A stretch of 44,076 bases of DNA from Nemertoderma westbladi (Eukaryota; Animalia; Xenacoelomorpha), in NCBI GenBank assembly GCA_032718475.1, contig JAUCBJ010007675.1, positions 1 through 44,076 of the forward strand. The letters are read 5' to 3'. Made by a program: the position numbers and the translations under genes. The notes under the pieces were generated by a model. That model searched no databases. It saw nothing but the letters and a program-made list of their open reading frames with translations, and had not been told where the DNA came from. Numbering within the stretch: the stretch's first letter is position 1; each line of letters begins with the position of its first letter. Of this stretch, positions 1 to 11,200 are shown piece by piece.

Positions 1-224
1 ACTAGCGTAGCAACTCAATGTGCTGCTTCAATGTAGCAGGTCGATTATAGTAGTGCTAGTAGTAGTATGGCTATCGAAAGAGGGGCCTTATGGTCGCCCC
101 CGGATCCGTCTGACTGTTTACTTTGCATTTTCGATTTATCTAATAATTAATAGACCTACTGCAGCTTACAGATTACATATGAATATATATTACAACTTAT
201 TAACCCTCGAATATTGTTTTTGGT

Positions 225-410
225 ACCTTCCACCCCCAGAAAAGGGGGTGGGAGTAAACTTACGACGCAATCAAAATTCATCCCTCTTCAGTGGAAATAA
301 CCACGCAAATAACAGCTGATTACTCCCAAAAATAAAAGTGTAGCCTGTTCTAATGTTCTATTGATCTTAGTTTATTGTTTTGGTAAGAATAACGTGCCAC
401 TGTAACTGCA
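225..410 (+). repeat. Dispersed short repeat family, copy 1 (others: 1326-1400 +, 8134-8238 -, 18170-18202 -, 22705-22840 -)
   Basis: Shared blocks GCAATCAAAATTCATCCCTC, AACAGCTGATT(A/G)CTCCCAAAAA and TTTTGGT(T/A)AGAAT.ACGTGC. Confidence 0.75.
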
Positions 411-479
411 TCAAGAAATAGCAATGAGTTACATGTGGTACTTATTACAGTAGCACAGTAGGCTAAGGGTAATACTTAC

Positions 480-540
480 CGGCACCATTATAGCTGACTC
501 CCTGATTCCAAACACGAGATAAATTCCCGGAGCTTCGCAT
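480..540 (-). CDS. Possible first coding exon of a gene leaving the window to the left (MRSSGNLSRVWNQGVSYNGA)
   Basis: ATG at 540-538, open frame and consensus G|GTAAGT donor. No homology recognised and no following exon found. Confidence 0.25.
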
Positions 541-1400
541 CGTAAACACCCCGTTCAAAATCAGTTTAAATAATTATTAATTGTTTCTCCAAAGTATTAG
601 TGATATCAATAGTGACAGTGAATAAAAAGTTAATAAAGTCATAATTAACCGAAATAATAATATAAAATAATAAATTAAATCATAATAAATAATATTAAAG
701 GGATGGTCAGTGTGCAATAATGAACAAATAACTCCGAATATTATACAAAAGTTGGCACGTTTACCTATGAGGTGTCAAATAAATATCTAACAGCGCATCT
801 AGGCCACAGTACTGTAATTCTTTACCAATAATGATGTTAAGTATACGAACAAATTCATGACGTGTGTATCACTTTATTATGTAGAATCTTTGTTTTAGTA
901 TTTAGTAGACGGAGGCAAGGCTAAATTAGTGATACTGTATGAAGTGAAGTGCAGCAGCATTTTTTTTATTTTATTTTTTTATAAGAAAGAGTTCGGGAGT
1001 TATGTTATTATTTACAGGGTTCGAGACCACACGGCGACATTATTGTTTTTGTAAGTACCGTCTCCGTACTTTCGAATGTGGATTTGATATACTTTACAGC
1101 TATGGGTTTTTGTGCGAAGATCTACCGAATAAATTGTAAATGTAAAAGTTAAGTCATTGGTGAACGTGTAATACGAAACACGCGAAATGTCTTCGGCTAC
1201 ACAAAATATAATTTAGACATTGCGACATTATTTATTACATAGTTTGAATGATAGTAATTCGTAAAAAATAACATATAAAACCATTACTGGTACTGCAGTA
1301 AGCAGCAGATAGGGGGGGGGGGGGGAACAGCTGATTACTCTCAAAAATAAAAATTTAACTGTAACCTGTATTTAGTTTTTGGTTAAAATAACGTGCCACT

Positions 1401-2264
1401 CAGGCCCGTACCGTGCGGGGGGGCTTTGGGGGCACTGCCCCCCCCCCCCCCCCAGTCATGTCGTTCTCTCGTCTTGTTTTCACAATTAATTAATAATAAT
1501 ATTGTTGGTAATCAATATTATTGGATTCACATACTAATTCTACCCACTAGACTGACCTGACCTGACTCCGCCACCATTCCATTTGGTCCAATTATAATGG
1601 CACTGGCACTGCCAGAGCCTTGCCGAAATACATTGTATGGCGTTGGCGTACCGTATGTATTTGTTCTATGTGGCTACTCAGAACTCAGGGCTGGAAAGCT
1701 TGTTGGCAGACTGCATTGCATCTCTTTATAGATTTTAATAGCAATTCAAGATTGCAGTTCAAATAATTACTAAAAATACACAAAAGCTCTAGGTTCTCTC
1801 ATTGGCTACCTGGGGCAGGGGTTGTTCGCTGTTGACCTACAGTATTGTCTGCAGTATGGGAGCCAGCTTGCAACTAATAGTAATAGGCTAGGCGCTGATG
1901 GTTGCTTGTGCTGGTATACATAACTAAAATTTTCTTTTTGTAATTTTAACCTTAACTTTTGGTCATATTTAAGCTGACAAATTTTAAACTCGACAGGTTT
2001 AATTAAATCCGATAAAGTTATTGGCATGTCAAAATCGTAACGACAACAACTATTTGCTATTATTGGCCCACTCCCTAACAGTGCCAGTTCGACAAGGGTC
2101 CTGCAACTTCGTGGCTCGCCCCACACACTCTTCAACAATATTGATTTTACTTTATGTACTAAATTAACTCTCACTTTGCTGTATGCCCCCCAAACCCAGT
2201 TATGGGTTTGCCCCCCCAGATTTGGCCTCTGCCCCCCAGATAAAATGGTCACCATACGGGCCTG
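1401..2264. mobile_element. hAT-like MITE (864 bp)
   Basis: TIRs CAGGCCCGTACCGTG / CACCATACGGGCCTG with G/C-run subterminal regions. Flanks ACGTGCCACT / ACCTGCCACT form an imperfect duplication. Confidence 0.7.
1955..2124 (-). mobile_element. Truncated diverged copy of the 4761-5691 element end, nested in the hAT-like MITE
   Basis: Clear similarity to 5500-5691 (TAAATCCGA.AAAGTTATT.GCATGTCAAAATCGTAACGAC...CAACTTCGTGGCTCGCCCCAC). Confidence 0.8.
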
Positions 2265-2693
2265 ACCTGCCACTGTAACCTGCTCCTTTCCCTAAATTGA
2301 GAATTTAACATTGAGGCGGGATATTAATTCGCCAAGGTGGGATTTGCGTCCAGTCCCCCCCCCCCCCCCCCCCCCTGTCCAGAGACCAATTCATAGGGGG
2401 TTGTGGCGAGGTGCTTCAATCCTTTATTATTCATTAAAAAACCGTCTGCCTATCGGTGCTGGTTTTAAACGGGGGGATTGTTTGATTTTTTTAGTGTTTC
2501 GTAATTGTATAGGCCAAGGAGTTACGTTATACAGTAGTCTGGAATGCTGATAAATACACAAAAGTGAAGTTTTGTGCACTTAACACCTCGCCCTAAGTGT
2601 TATACTGTTATTGTAAACATTATCGGTATCATCAGTAAGACCATCGGTAACATCATCGGTAAGAGCTAAATAAGCCAAATACACCGCTTTTTT

Positions 2694-2859
2694 CACTCAT
2701 TTTCAATTTAACGAAATTCAACTATTCTGTCCGAGTGGTTGAGTTTTACACAAGTTAGCAGGTTTTAGCACGAGCGAAGCGAGTGTTAAAATGCCAACGA
2801 GTGGAAAACTCAACACACGAGGGCAGAATATCTGAATTTCGCTAAATTGAAAATGAGTG
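2694..2859 (+). repeat. ~166-bp imperfect palindrome with GAGCGAAGCGAG apex
   Basis: CACTCATTTTCAATTTAACGAAATTCA pairs with TGAATTTCGCTAAATTGAAAATGAGTG; pairing continues to the apex at 2774-2780. Confidence 0.9.
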
Positions 2860-3134
2860 GCAAAAAATAGTGTTTTCCGTTACGTTTTCATATCGAATAT
2901 GTTGTTTTATTTGAAAAAAATATCACCAGCGTTATCAATGTTTATGACGTATAATATTACTATATTTTAATACGGAATCTCAAATAAATACATATAGCTA
3001 GCTGTACAGTAAGCTACCCGATAAGCCTCGGTCTACATTATATAATCATTATGCACCAGGAACTTACTCAATTATATGAAAGTTTGTATCAATTTGAGTA
3101 TATATATTGTGTAGTAAATAGTTCATTAAATAAA

Positions 3135-3265
3135 AACAAAAAAAAATTAGTTAAAAAAAGTAAAAAATTAGTTGAACTAAGTAAAAATATGTTTAAAAAA
3201 GTAAAAAATAGTTTAAAAAAAGTAAAAAATTAGTTAAAAAAAGTAAAAAATTAGTTTAAAAAATG
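3135..3265 (+). repeat. A-rich ~21-bp minisatellite (AAAAAATTAGTTAAAAAAAGT)
   Basis: About six degenerate copies. Confidence 0.8.
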
Positions 3266-4370
3266 CTTTTTTTAACTAATTTTCTGGTAAATAATTCTTT
3301 CTCTAAATAATTAATTTAATTTAATAATATGCTCCTAAAAAGTGATTTAGTACCTACCTACTGTACCAGTGAGAATAATATAAAAGTATTCTGTTATGAA
3401 CAAAATCTTTTTTTTGAAAGTGTTCTATACCGTAAAATCCTTTAGTTCCATTTGTCTTTAACTTTACATTAGCCTGTAATTAATTAATTGATTAATGGTT
3501 TCACATTGTCAACCAAAGAAACAGAAACATTATGAATATGCCTAATATGCCTAATAATATCTACGGCATAAACGAACTAAAATAAACAAATAATCATAAT
3601 TATAATAAATATTACGATATTATATAGAGTAGTGGCCTACGCGTGATTATAAGGCACATTAAACTATGACTCACACCCGTATATGGAACTTATTATTTGC
3701 TATAATACAAGGTAATTATTAACCAACAATAACACGTGTGGCCCATAGGTGGTGACCATGGCAACCGCTAACCTTGTAAGCCAAATATTATCCACCAAGG
3801 CAGGTTGATAAATACACAAGCATCTATGATTACAGTTTATTGCTTTCTACATACGTTTCTGCTAGGGCTGTCTGTGGTAAGCTTTATTTCACTCGCCTTT
3901 TTTTGTTTTTTTTTATTTTAAGTTAGGAATATAATAATTATAATTTATGAGATATGTGTTGTGTTATTACTGTCCTTCTTACGGTGCACGCAGAAGGTGC
4001 ATGACGTGATAATTTTTTAGTAAGTCAGGTTCACACTTCGTACTTACATATTACTGTATATTGTACTTGTACAAGTAGTAAAGTGAAATAAAGGTTTATT
4101 CGGTAGTAACGCCAGGAATTACGAACGAAAACGACTTATTTCCAGTGCTGCCCCCCCCCCCCCCCCCGAACTATACTCCCAAAGGAAACTCAATTAGTTA
4201 CCATTTAAGTAAGTTGCTGCAGTAAATTAACAGAAACAATGTATCGTGGAAATTTAAAAATCATGAAGGGAAATTAATTTGAAAGTTTAAGTCATGCCGA
4301 TAGTAGACTAACACAATGTCTAATTAAAGTAATCTCCGGAAAATACCCAATAATTATGTTCTAATACTTG

Positions 4371-4403
4371 CCCCTACCCCTACCCCTACCCCTACCCCTA
4401 CCC
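4371..4403 (+). repeat. (CCCCTA)5 microsatellite
   Basis: Direct reading. Confidence 0.95.
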
Positions 4404-4760
4404 TTCCCATTTGTTTAATTTTGCTTTCAAACTTTTTTTAACAACTTTTGAAAAACTATGTCGGCAATATGTCCGTTTTGTATGGGGCGCCGTGGGCTTC
4501 AAAAATATGAAAATGTCGGCGAATGTTTTAGATTCTCGGCGACTGGTTTATCTAAGCCAAAATCTTGGCCGACATCTAAGCCGAAGTCTAGGGCGAAATC
4601 TAAGCCGAAATCTAGGGCGAAATCTGAGCCGAAATTAAGGCCATGTAAATCATATAGGCGCACAGAGGAGCGCTAGTGTACTGTAGGGTCTAACTATACA
4701 CATGGTCTGCGGTACCGTAGTACTACTGTACTGGCATGGCCTACTATATATATATATATA

Positions 4761-5691
4761 CACGAAGTGGGGCCTTTGCGCAGCACGTGACTTAATTATA
4801 CTTAGTTATACATTTCGCCCTCTAGCGGCAGACTGGAGGACTCCAGACCGTTTACTGCCCACCAAAGACTCAGGCCGACTTCTACTACATATCTGCTACG
4901 TTTCAGCTTGAACGGATCATAAATAACGAGATGGGAGAAAGATTTCACTTTCAAACATTTCGCCCTCTAGCGGCAGACTGAAGAACTGCACACGGATTAG
5001 CCTTCAATTCAATTCCTTCTTTCAAAGTCACAGCTAATGGTCTAGTACATATCTGCCAAATTTCAGCATAAATGGATTAAAAGCAAAGAAATGGGAGGAC
5101 ATTTAACGTTTAGACATGTGGCCCTCTAGCAGGAGACTATTGCTCTGATGGTGTCTGAAAGTCTCTCAAACGTCTCAACTTTAGCTCATATTGATACCTA
5201 CAAATTTTCAACTTGGCAGCTTTAAATCCGACAAAGTTATTAGCATGTCAAAATCGTAACGACGACAACGATTTCACTTTCAGACCTTTGGCCCTCTAGC
5301 GGCAGACTGGAGAACTGCAGATGGATTCGCCTCCTTTGAAAGTCACAGCTAATGGTCTAATACATATCTGCCAAGTTTCAGCTTAAACGGATTAAAAGCA
5401 AAGAAATGGGAGGGCATTTAATGTTTAGACATGTGGCCCTCTAGCGGGAGACCATTGCACTGATGGTGTCTGAAAGTCTCTCAAAAATCTCAACTTTTGC
5501 TCATATTGATACCTACAAATTTTCAACTTGGCAGCTTTAAATCCGACAAAGTTATTAGCATGTCAAAATCGTAACGACGACGACGACGACAACGACGACG
5601 ACGACGACGACGACAACTATTTGCATAAATTGACCCACCCCCTAACAGTGTCAATTCGCTAAGGCTCCGCCAACTTCGTGGCTCGCCCCAC
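4761..5691 (-). mobile_element. Helentron/DINE-1(HINE)-like non-autonomous element
   Basis: Short subterminal inverted motifs CACGAAGT/ACTTCGTG and GTGGGGC/GCCCCAC, a (GAC)n microsatellite near one end, internal ~150/330-bp tandem duplications, flanked by (TA)n. Confidence 0.55.
5575..5613 (+). repeat. (GAC)n microsatellite within the HINE-like element
   Basis: Direct reading. Confidence 0.95.
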
Positions 5692-6544
5692 ATATATATA
5701 TAGTAGGCCATGGTACTGGTAACAGAGAAAAACAGACTGACAAGAAAGCACAAACTGCACCAGTAGGACTTCCCTCCAAATTTTCAGCTTAGATTTGGGC
5801 CATGATTTGGGCCTAGACTTCGGCCTAGATTTCCGCCAAGATTTCGGCTTAGATTTCGGCCAAGATTTCGGCTTAGATATCGGCCAAGATTTCGGCTTAG
5901 ATTTCGGCCAAGATTTCGGCTTAGATATCTAATAATGTAATATGAAAATAGTACGATATGATATATCATAATAATATATCTAATAATAATATCTAATAAT
6001 CTAATAATATCTAATAATATGATAATGTCTTCGAATGTTTTAGATTCTCGGCGACTGGTTTATCTAAGCCAAAATCTTGGCCTAAATCGAAGCCGAAATC
6101 TTGGCCGAAATCCAGTCGCCGACATTTTCATATTATTGAAGCCCACGGCGCCGGCGCCCCATAGTTGTGTAACCTACGTATTAATTTATTTTAGGGACTC
6201 CGTACTTTATTTTCTTGTACTAAATGTATACAGTAATTAAATATGTAGATCCCGCTAGTTTACTTAAAGTAGTCTCTCTCTATCATGACTAGTTTTCTAA
6301 TAACCAAAATAATAAGTTTATTTGGTTTATAGAAGTAGTAGAGTTTATTTAAACTGCGGCCAATTTGGGTTGGATATCACTTTTAATTGCGGTCAATTTG
6401 CGCCATTATCTGATATTAAGTATATTTCAGAACAATAATTAATTGTATGCCTTTGCAATGCCACAAGGATAAATTTTTAATGAAGAATTTCATAAATATT
6501 GTCTGAACTTTGAACTTATAAATCTCAGGGAAAAATACCTCGCC

Positions 6545-7420
6545 ATGGAATGCAGAGCGCACATGCTACTCACCAGGGAACTTAGAAAGTTCCACAATAC
6601 ACCGCTATGGGGAGTTGAGATACATCCAGATCCCACAAACATCTTCCATTGGACAGTGCGTATGAAGGGGTTGAAGGATACCGTATGGGAACACGGGGTG
6701 TTCATCGTTTATATGAGGTTCTCGGAGGATTGGAACTGTGTTCCTCCAGATGTATGGTTCCACACTATACCGTTCCACCCGAACATAGATACAGATACCG
6801 GTAGACCATGTCTCTCGTTATTAGACATCCCGCATGAATGGAGTTCCGAATACGAAACTAAATACATTATACTTTCAATACAAGCGTTGCTAAGTAACCC
6901 TGTAGCGGAAAACGCTGTTAACAGCGAAGCTGCCGTTACCATGGAGACACGGCCCACGGTGTACAGGGAGATGGTGGGTGAGTGTATAGCGGCAAGTCGA
7001 CGGGTGGATGCAGGGCAAGCAGCATTTGATACGACCCCACGCGATGCACTGGTACCGGTACAGTCCGAGGTCAGACCCGTAAACCGGGTTAACTTCCAGA
7101 GCTACTTGGAGGAGTGGAGAGGGATAGCGACGTCGTTGGGAGGAGGGGCGAGGGTTGGAGAGCATCCGATGAAAGCGGAAGTCGTCCGGCAGCTGCGACG
7201 GGGAGACACAACAGGGGATCAAAGGAACTTTATTCAGCATAAGGAATTAATGTTCGGAAAACTCGATTTCGATGCGAGTGATAGAAAAAAGGTAGAGAAA
7301 GCATCTAAACTAAGGAAGCCATCGCGGTTCTATTTGAAGAGCAGTCTCAGCCAAAATACCCCCCGGAGTAGAAACTTAGAGGAACGCATTAAAGTACATC
7401 TGTTAATAAAGTACAAATAA
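6545..7420 (+). CDS. UBE2U: Ubiquitin-conjugating enzyme E2 U-like, single-exon ORF (291 aa)
   Basis: UBC fold with FHTIPFHPNID..TGRPCLSLLD (HPN motif, active-site Cys89) and LLSNPV.ENAVN.EAA. The N-terminus (RAHMLL.RE) and post-UBC motif FQSYLEEWRGIATS resemble UBE2U as recalled (FSDYYQTWSRIATS). Strong Kozak context gccATGG. Confidence 0.88.
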   Translation: MECRAHMLLTRELRKFHNTPLWGVEIHPDPTNIFHWTVRMKGLKDTVWEHGVFIVYMRFSEDWNCVPPDVWFHTIPFHPNIDTDTGRPCLSLLDIPHEWSSEYETKYIILSIQALLSNPVAENAVNSEAAVTMETRPTVYREMVGECIAASRRVDAGQAAFDTTPRDALVPVQSEVRPVNRVNFQSYLEEWRGIATSLGGGARVGEHPMKAEVVRQLRRGDTTGDQRNFIQHKELMFGKLDFDASDRKKVEKASKLRKPSRFYLKSSLSQNTPRSRNLEERIKVHLLIKYK

Positions 7421-8258
7421 TAATCATTTACTGTATAACTTACGTTATGGAAACTATAATTATTTAGAAGCTACAGTATAACCTACCCCACCTAAATCGC
7501 CCATGTATAGAATACCAGGATTTCACTTTTCGGTCGACTTTTTATTGGAATTTTATATATGATGATTTTTTATTTATTTTAATTTATCTTTATTAATTGT
7601 TTTATAGCGCTTATTTCTGTCTTATAACCTGTACATATACTAATTCGTTTATTGTTTTGGTTGGATTCAGCTCTTCTGTAACCTGTGTTTTTGGTGAAAA
7701 CCTGGTATTCTTCACATGGGGGTAACTGCAAAGTGAAATATAACGGCAGAAAGTCTGGTATTCTTCTCATGGGCCGCCTAAAAACACATTTAATCTGTCC
7801 CTGCTCTGATAATTTCACCATTATAAAAATGCATAGAATAAAAATGCATGCATGCTTCTTCATAATTTTATATTTTTTGTGAATTTAGAATCCAAATAAT
7901 GTTGTTGGGATAAATTGAGAAATTATAAGACTGATTGGACCATTATACCGGTACAAATTTGTGAAATGTATATATAATACATGTATATACATGTATAATA
8001 CAGAGGGGTCTGTGGGGGAGGGGGCAATTGCGCCGGAAATCCAACCTCGGTGAAATGATCTCAATTAGCTCTACTACCGAATTAACAAGGTTAAATATCC
8101 ATTAAAGGAAGGGAGCAGTTTACAGCGACATATTATTCTAACCAAACAAGAAACGAAAGTCAATAGCACAGGTTACGGTCTTATTTTTTAAGGTAATTAG
8201 CTGATCCCGGTGGAGAGAGGATTTGATTTTGATTGCCTCAACATTAAACCAATCAATG

Positions 8259-11200
8259 GCCTTTGGGTTGCCTCCTATATAGAGGAGCCATCGGGTTGCC
8301 TCCGGTAGAGAGGAGTCGCCAGGTTGCCTCCTATAAAGAGGAGCCTTCGAGTTGCATCCTATAAAGAGGAACCTTTCGGTTGCCTCTGGTTAGAGAGGAG
8401 CCTTCGGGTTGCCTCCTATATAGAGGAGCCATCGGGTTGCCTCCTATATAGAGGAGCCATCGGGTTGCCTCCTATATAGAGGAGCCATCGGGTTGCCTCC
8501 TATATAGAGGAGCCATCGGGTTGCCTCCGGAAGAGAGGAGTCGTCAGGTTGCCTCCTATAAAGAGCAGCCTTCGAGTCGCATCCTATCAAGAGGAACCTT
8601 CGGGTTGTCTCTGGTTAGAGAGGAGTCATCGGGTTGCCTCCGGTAGAGAGGAGCCTTCGGGTTGCCTCCTATAAAGAGCAGCCTTCGAGTTGCATCCTAT
8701 AAAGAGGAACCTTCGGGTTGCCTCTGGTTAGAGAGGAGCCTTCGGGTTGCCTCCTATATAGAGGAGCCATCGGGTTGCCTCCGGTAGAGAGGAGTCTTCA
8801 GGTTGCCTCCTATAAAGAGCAGCCTTCGAGTTGCATCCTATAAAGAGGAACCTTCGGGTTGCCTCTGGTTAGAGAGGAGCCTTCGGGTTGCCTCCTATAT
8901 AGATGAGCCATCGGGTTGCCTCCGGTAGAGAGGAGTCTTCAGGTTGACTCCTATAAAGAGCATCCTTCGAGTTGCATCCTATAAAGAGGAACCTTCGGGT
9001 TGCCTCTGGTTAGAGAGGAGCCTTCGGGTTGCCTCCTATATAGATGAGCCATCGGGTTGCCTCCGGTAGAGAGGAGTCGTCAGGTTGCCTCCTATAAAGA
9101 GCAGCCTTCGAGTTGCATCCTATAAAGAGGAACTTTCGGGTTGCATCCTATAAAGAGGAACCTTCGGGTTGGCTCTGGTTAGAGAGGAGCCTTCGTGTTG
9201 CCTCCTATATAGAGGAGCCATCAGGTTGCCTCCTATATAGAGGAGCCATCGGGTTGCCTCCGGTAGAGAGGAGTCTTCAGGTTGCCTCCTATAAAGGCAG
9301 CCTTCGAGTTGCATCCTATAAAGAGGAACCTTCGGGTTGCCTCTGGTTAGAGAGGAGCCTTCGTGTTGCCTCCTATATAGAGGAGCCATCGGGTTGCCTC
9401 CTATATAGAGGAGCCATCGGGTTGCCTCCGGTAGAGAGGAGTCTTCAGGTTGCCTCCTATAAAGGCAGCCTTCGAGTTGCATCCTATAAAGAGGAACCTT
9501 CGGGTTGCCTCTGGTTAGAGAGGAGCCTTCGGGTTGCCTCCTATATAGAGGAGCCATCGGGTTGCCTCCGGTAGAGAGGAGTCGTCAGGTTGCCTCCTAT
9601 AAAGAGCAGCCTTCGAGTTGCATCCTATAAAGAGGAACCTTCGGGTTGCCTCTGGTAAGAGAGGAGCCTTCGGGTTGCCTCCTATATAGAGGAGCCATCG
9701 GGTTGCCTCCTATATAGAGGAGCCATCGGGTTGCCTCCGGTAGAGAGGAGTCGTCAGGTTGCCTCCTATAAAGAGCAGCCTTCGAGTTGCATCCTATAAA
9801 GAGGAACCTTCGGGTTGCCTCTGGTTAGAGAGGAGCCTTCGGGTTGCCTCCTATATAGATGAGCCATCGGGTTGCCTCCGGTAGAGAGGATCGTCAGGTT
9901 GCCTCCTATAAAGAGGAGCCTTCGAGTTGCATCCTATAAAGAGGAACCTTCGGGTTGCCTCTGGATAAAGAGGAGCCTTCGGGTTGCCTCCTATATAGAG
10001 GAGCCATCGGGTTGCCTCCTATATAGAGGAGCCATCGGGTTGCCTCCTATAAAGAGGAACCTTCGAATTGCATCCTATAAAGAGGAACCTTCGGGTTGCC
10101 TCTGGTTAGAGAGGAGCCTTCGGGTTGCCTCCTATATAGAAGAGCCATCGGGTTTCCTCCTATATAGAGGAGCCATCGGGTTGCCTCCGGTAGAGAGGAG
10201 TCGTCAGGTTGCCTCCTATAAAGAGGAGCCTTCGAGTTGCATACTATAAAGAGGAACCTTCGGGTTGCCTCTGGTTAAAAAGGAGCCTTCGGGTTGCCTC
10301 CTATAAAGAGGATACTTCGGGTTTCCTCCGGTAGAGAGGAACCTTCGGGTTGCCTCCTATAAAGAGGATCCTTCGGGTTGCCTCCTATATAGAGGAGCCA
10401 TCGGGTTGCCTCCGGTAGAGAGGAGTCGTCAGGTTGCCTCCTATAAAGAGGAGCCTTCGAGTTGCATCATATAAAGAGGAACCTTCGGGTTGCCTCTGGT
10501 TAGAGAGGAGCCTTCGGGTTGCCTCCGGTAGAGAAGAGCCTTCGGGTTGCCTCCTATATAGAGGACCCATCGGGTTTCCTCCTATATAGAGGAGCCATCG
10601 GGTTGCCTTCGGTAGAGAGGAGTCGTCAGGTTGCCTCCTATAAAGAGGAGCCTTCGAGTTGCATACTATAAAGAGGAACCTTCGGGTTGCCTCTGGTTAA
10701 AAAGGAGCCTTCGGGTTGCCTCCTATAAAGAGGATACTTCGGGTTGCCTCCAGTAGAGAGGAACCTTCGGGTTGCCTCCTATATAGAGGAGCCATCGGGT
10801 TGCCTCCGGTAGAGAGGAGTCGTCAGGTTGCCTCCTATAAAGAGGAGCCTTCGAGTTGCATCAAAGAGGAACCTTCGGGTTGCCTCTGGTTAGAGAGGAG
10901 CCTTCGGGTTGCTTCCTATATAGAGGAGCCATCGGGTTTCCTCCTATATAGAGGAGCCATCGGGTTGCCTCCGGTAGAGAGGAGTCGTCAGGTTGCCTCC
11001 TATATAGAGGAGCCTTTGAGTTGCATCCTATAAAGAGGAACCTTCGGGTTGCCTCTGGTCAGAGAGGAGCCTTCGGGTTGCCTCCTATATAGAGGAGCCA
11101 TCGGGTTGCCTCCTATATAGGAGCCATCGGGTTGCCTCCTATATAGAGGAGCCATCGGGTTGCCTCCTATATAGAGGAGCCGTTGGGTTGCCTCCGGAAG

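Larger units (their letters stand above)
4483..6161. mobile_element. TIR element with 12-bp subterminal tandem repeats (small foldback-like)
   Basis: ~40-bp TIRs TGGGGCGCCGTGGGCTTCAA.AATATGAAAATGTCGGCGA at both ends. 12-bp AAATCT(A/T)(A/G)GCCG arrays at 4550-4640 (+), 5786-5928 (-) and 6060-6111 (+). TA on both flanks. Confidence 0.7.

Noticed and set aside
1806-2273. 155-aa minus-strand ORF
   Set aside because: It crosses MITE and nested repeat boundaries and has no protein motif.
4411-6240. ORFs with LSRNLGRN / KSKPKSR / poly-R repeats
   Set aside because: Products of the 12-bp and GAC repeats within transposon-like sequence.
6490-7240. Minus-strand ORFs overlapping UBE2U
   Set aside because: Antisense shadows with no recognisable homology.
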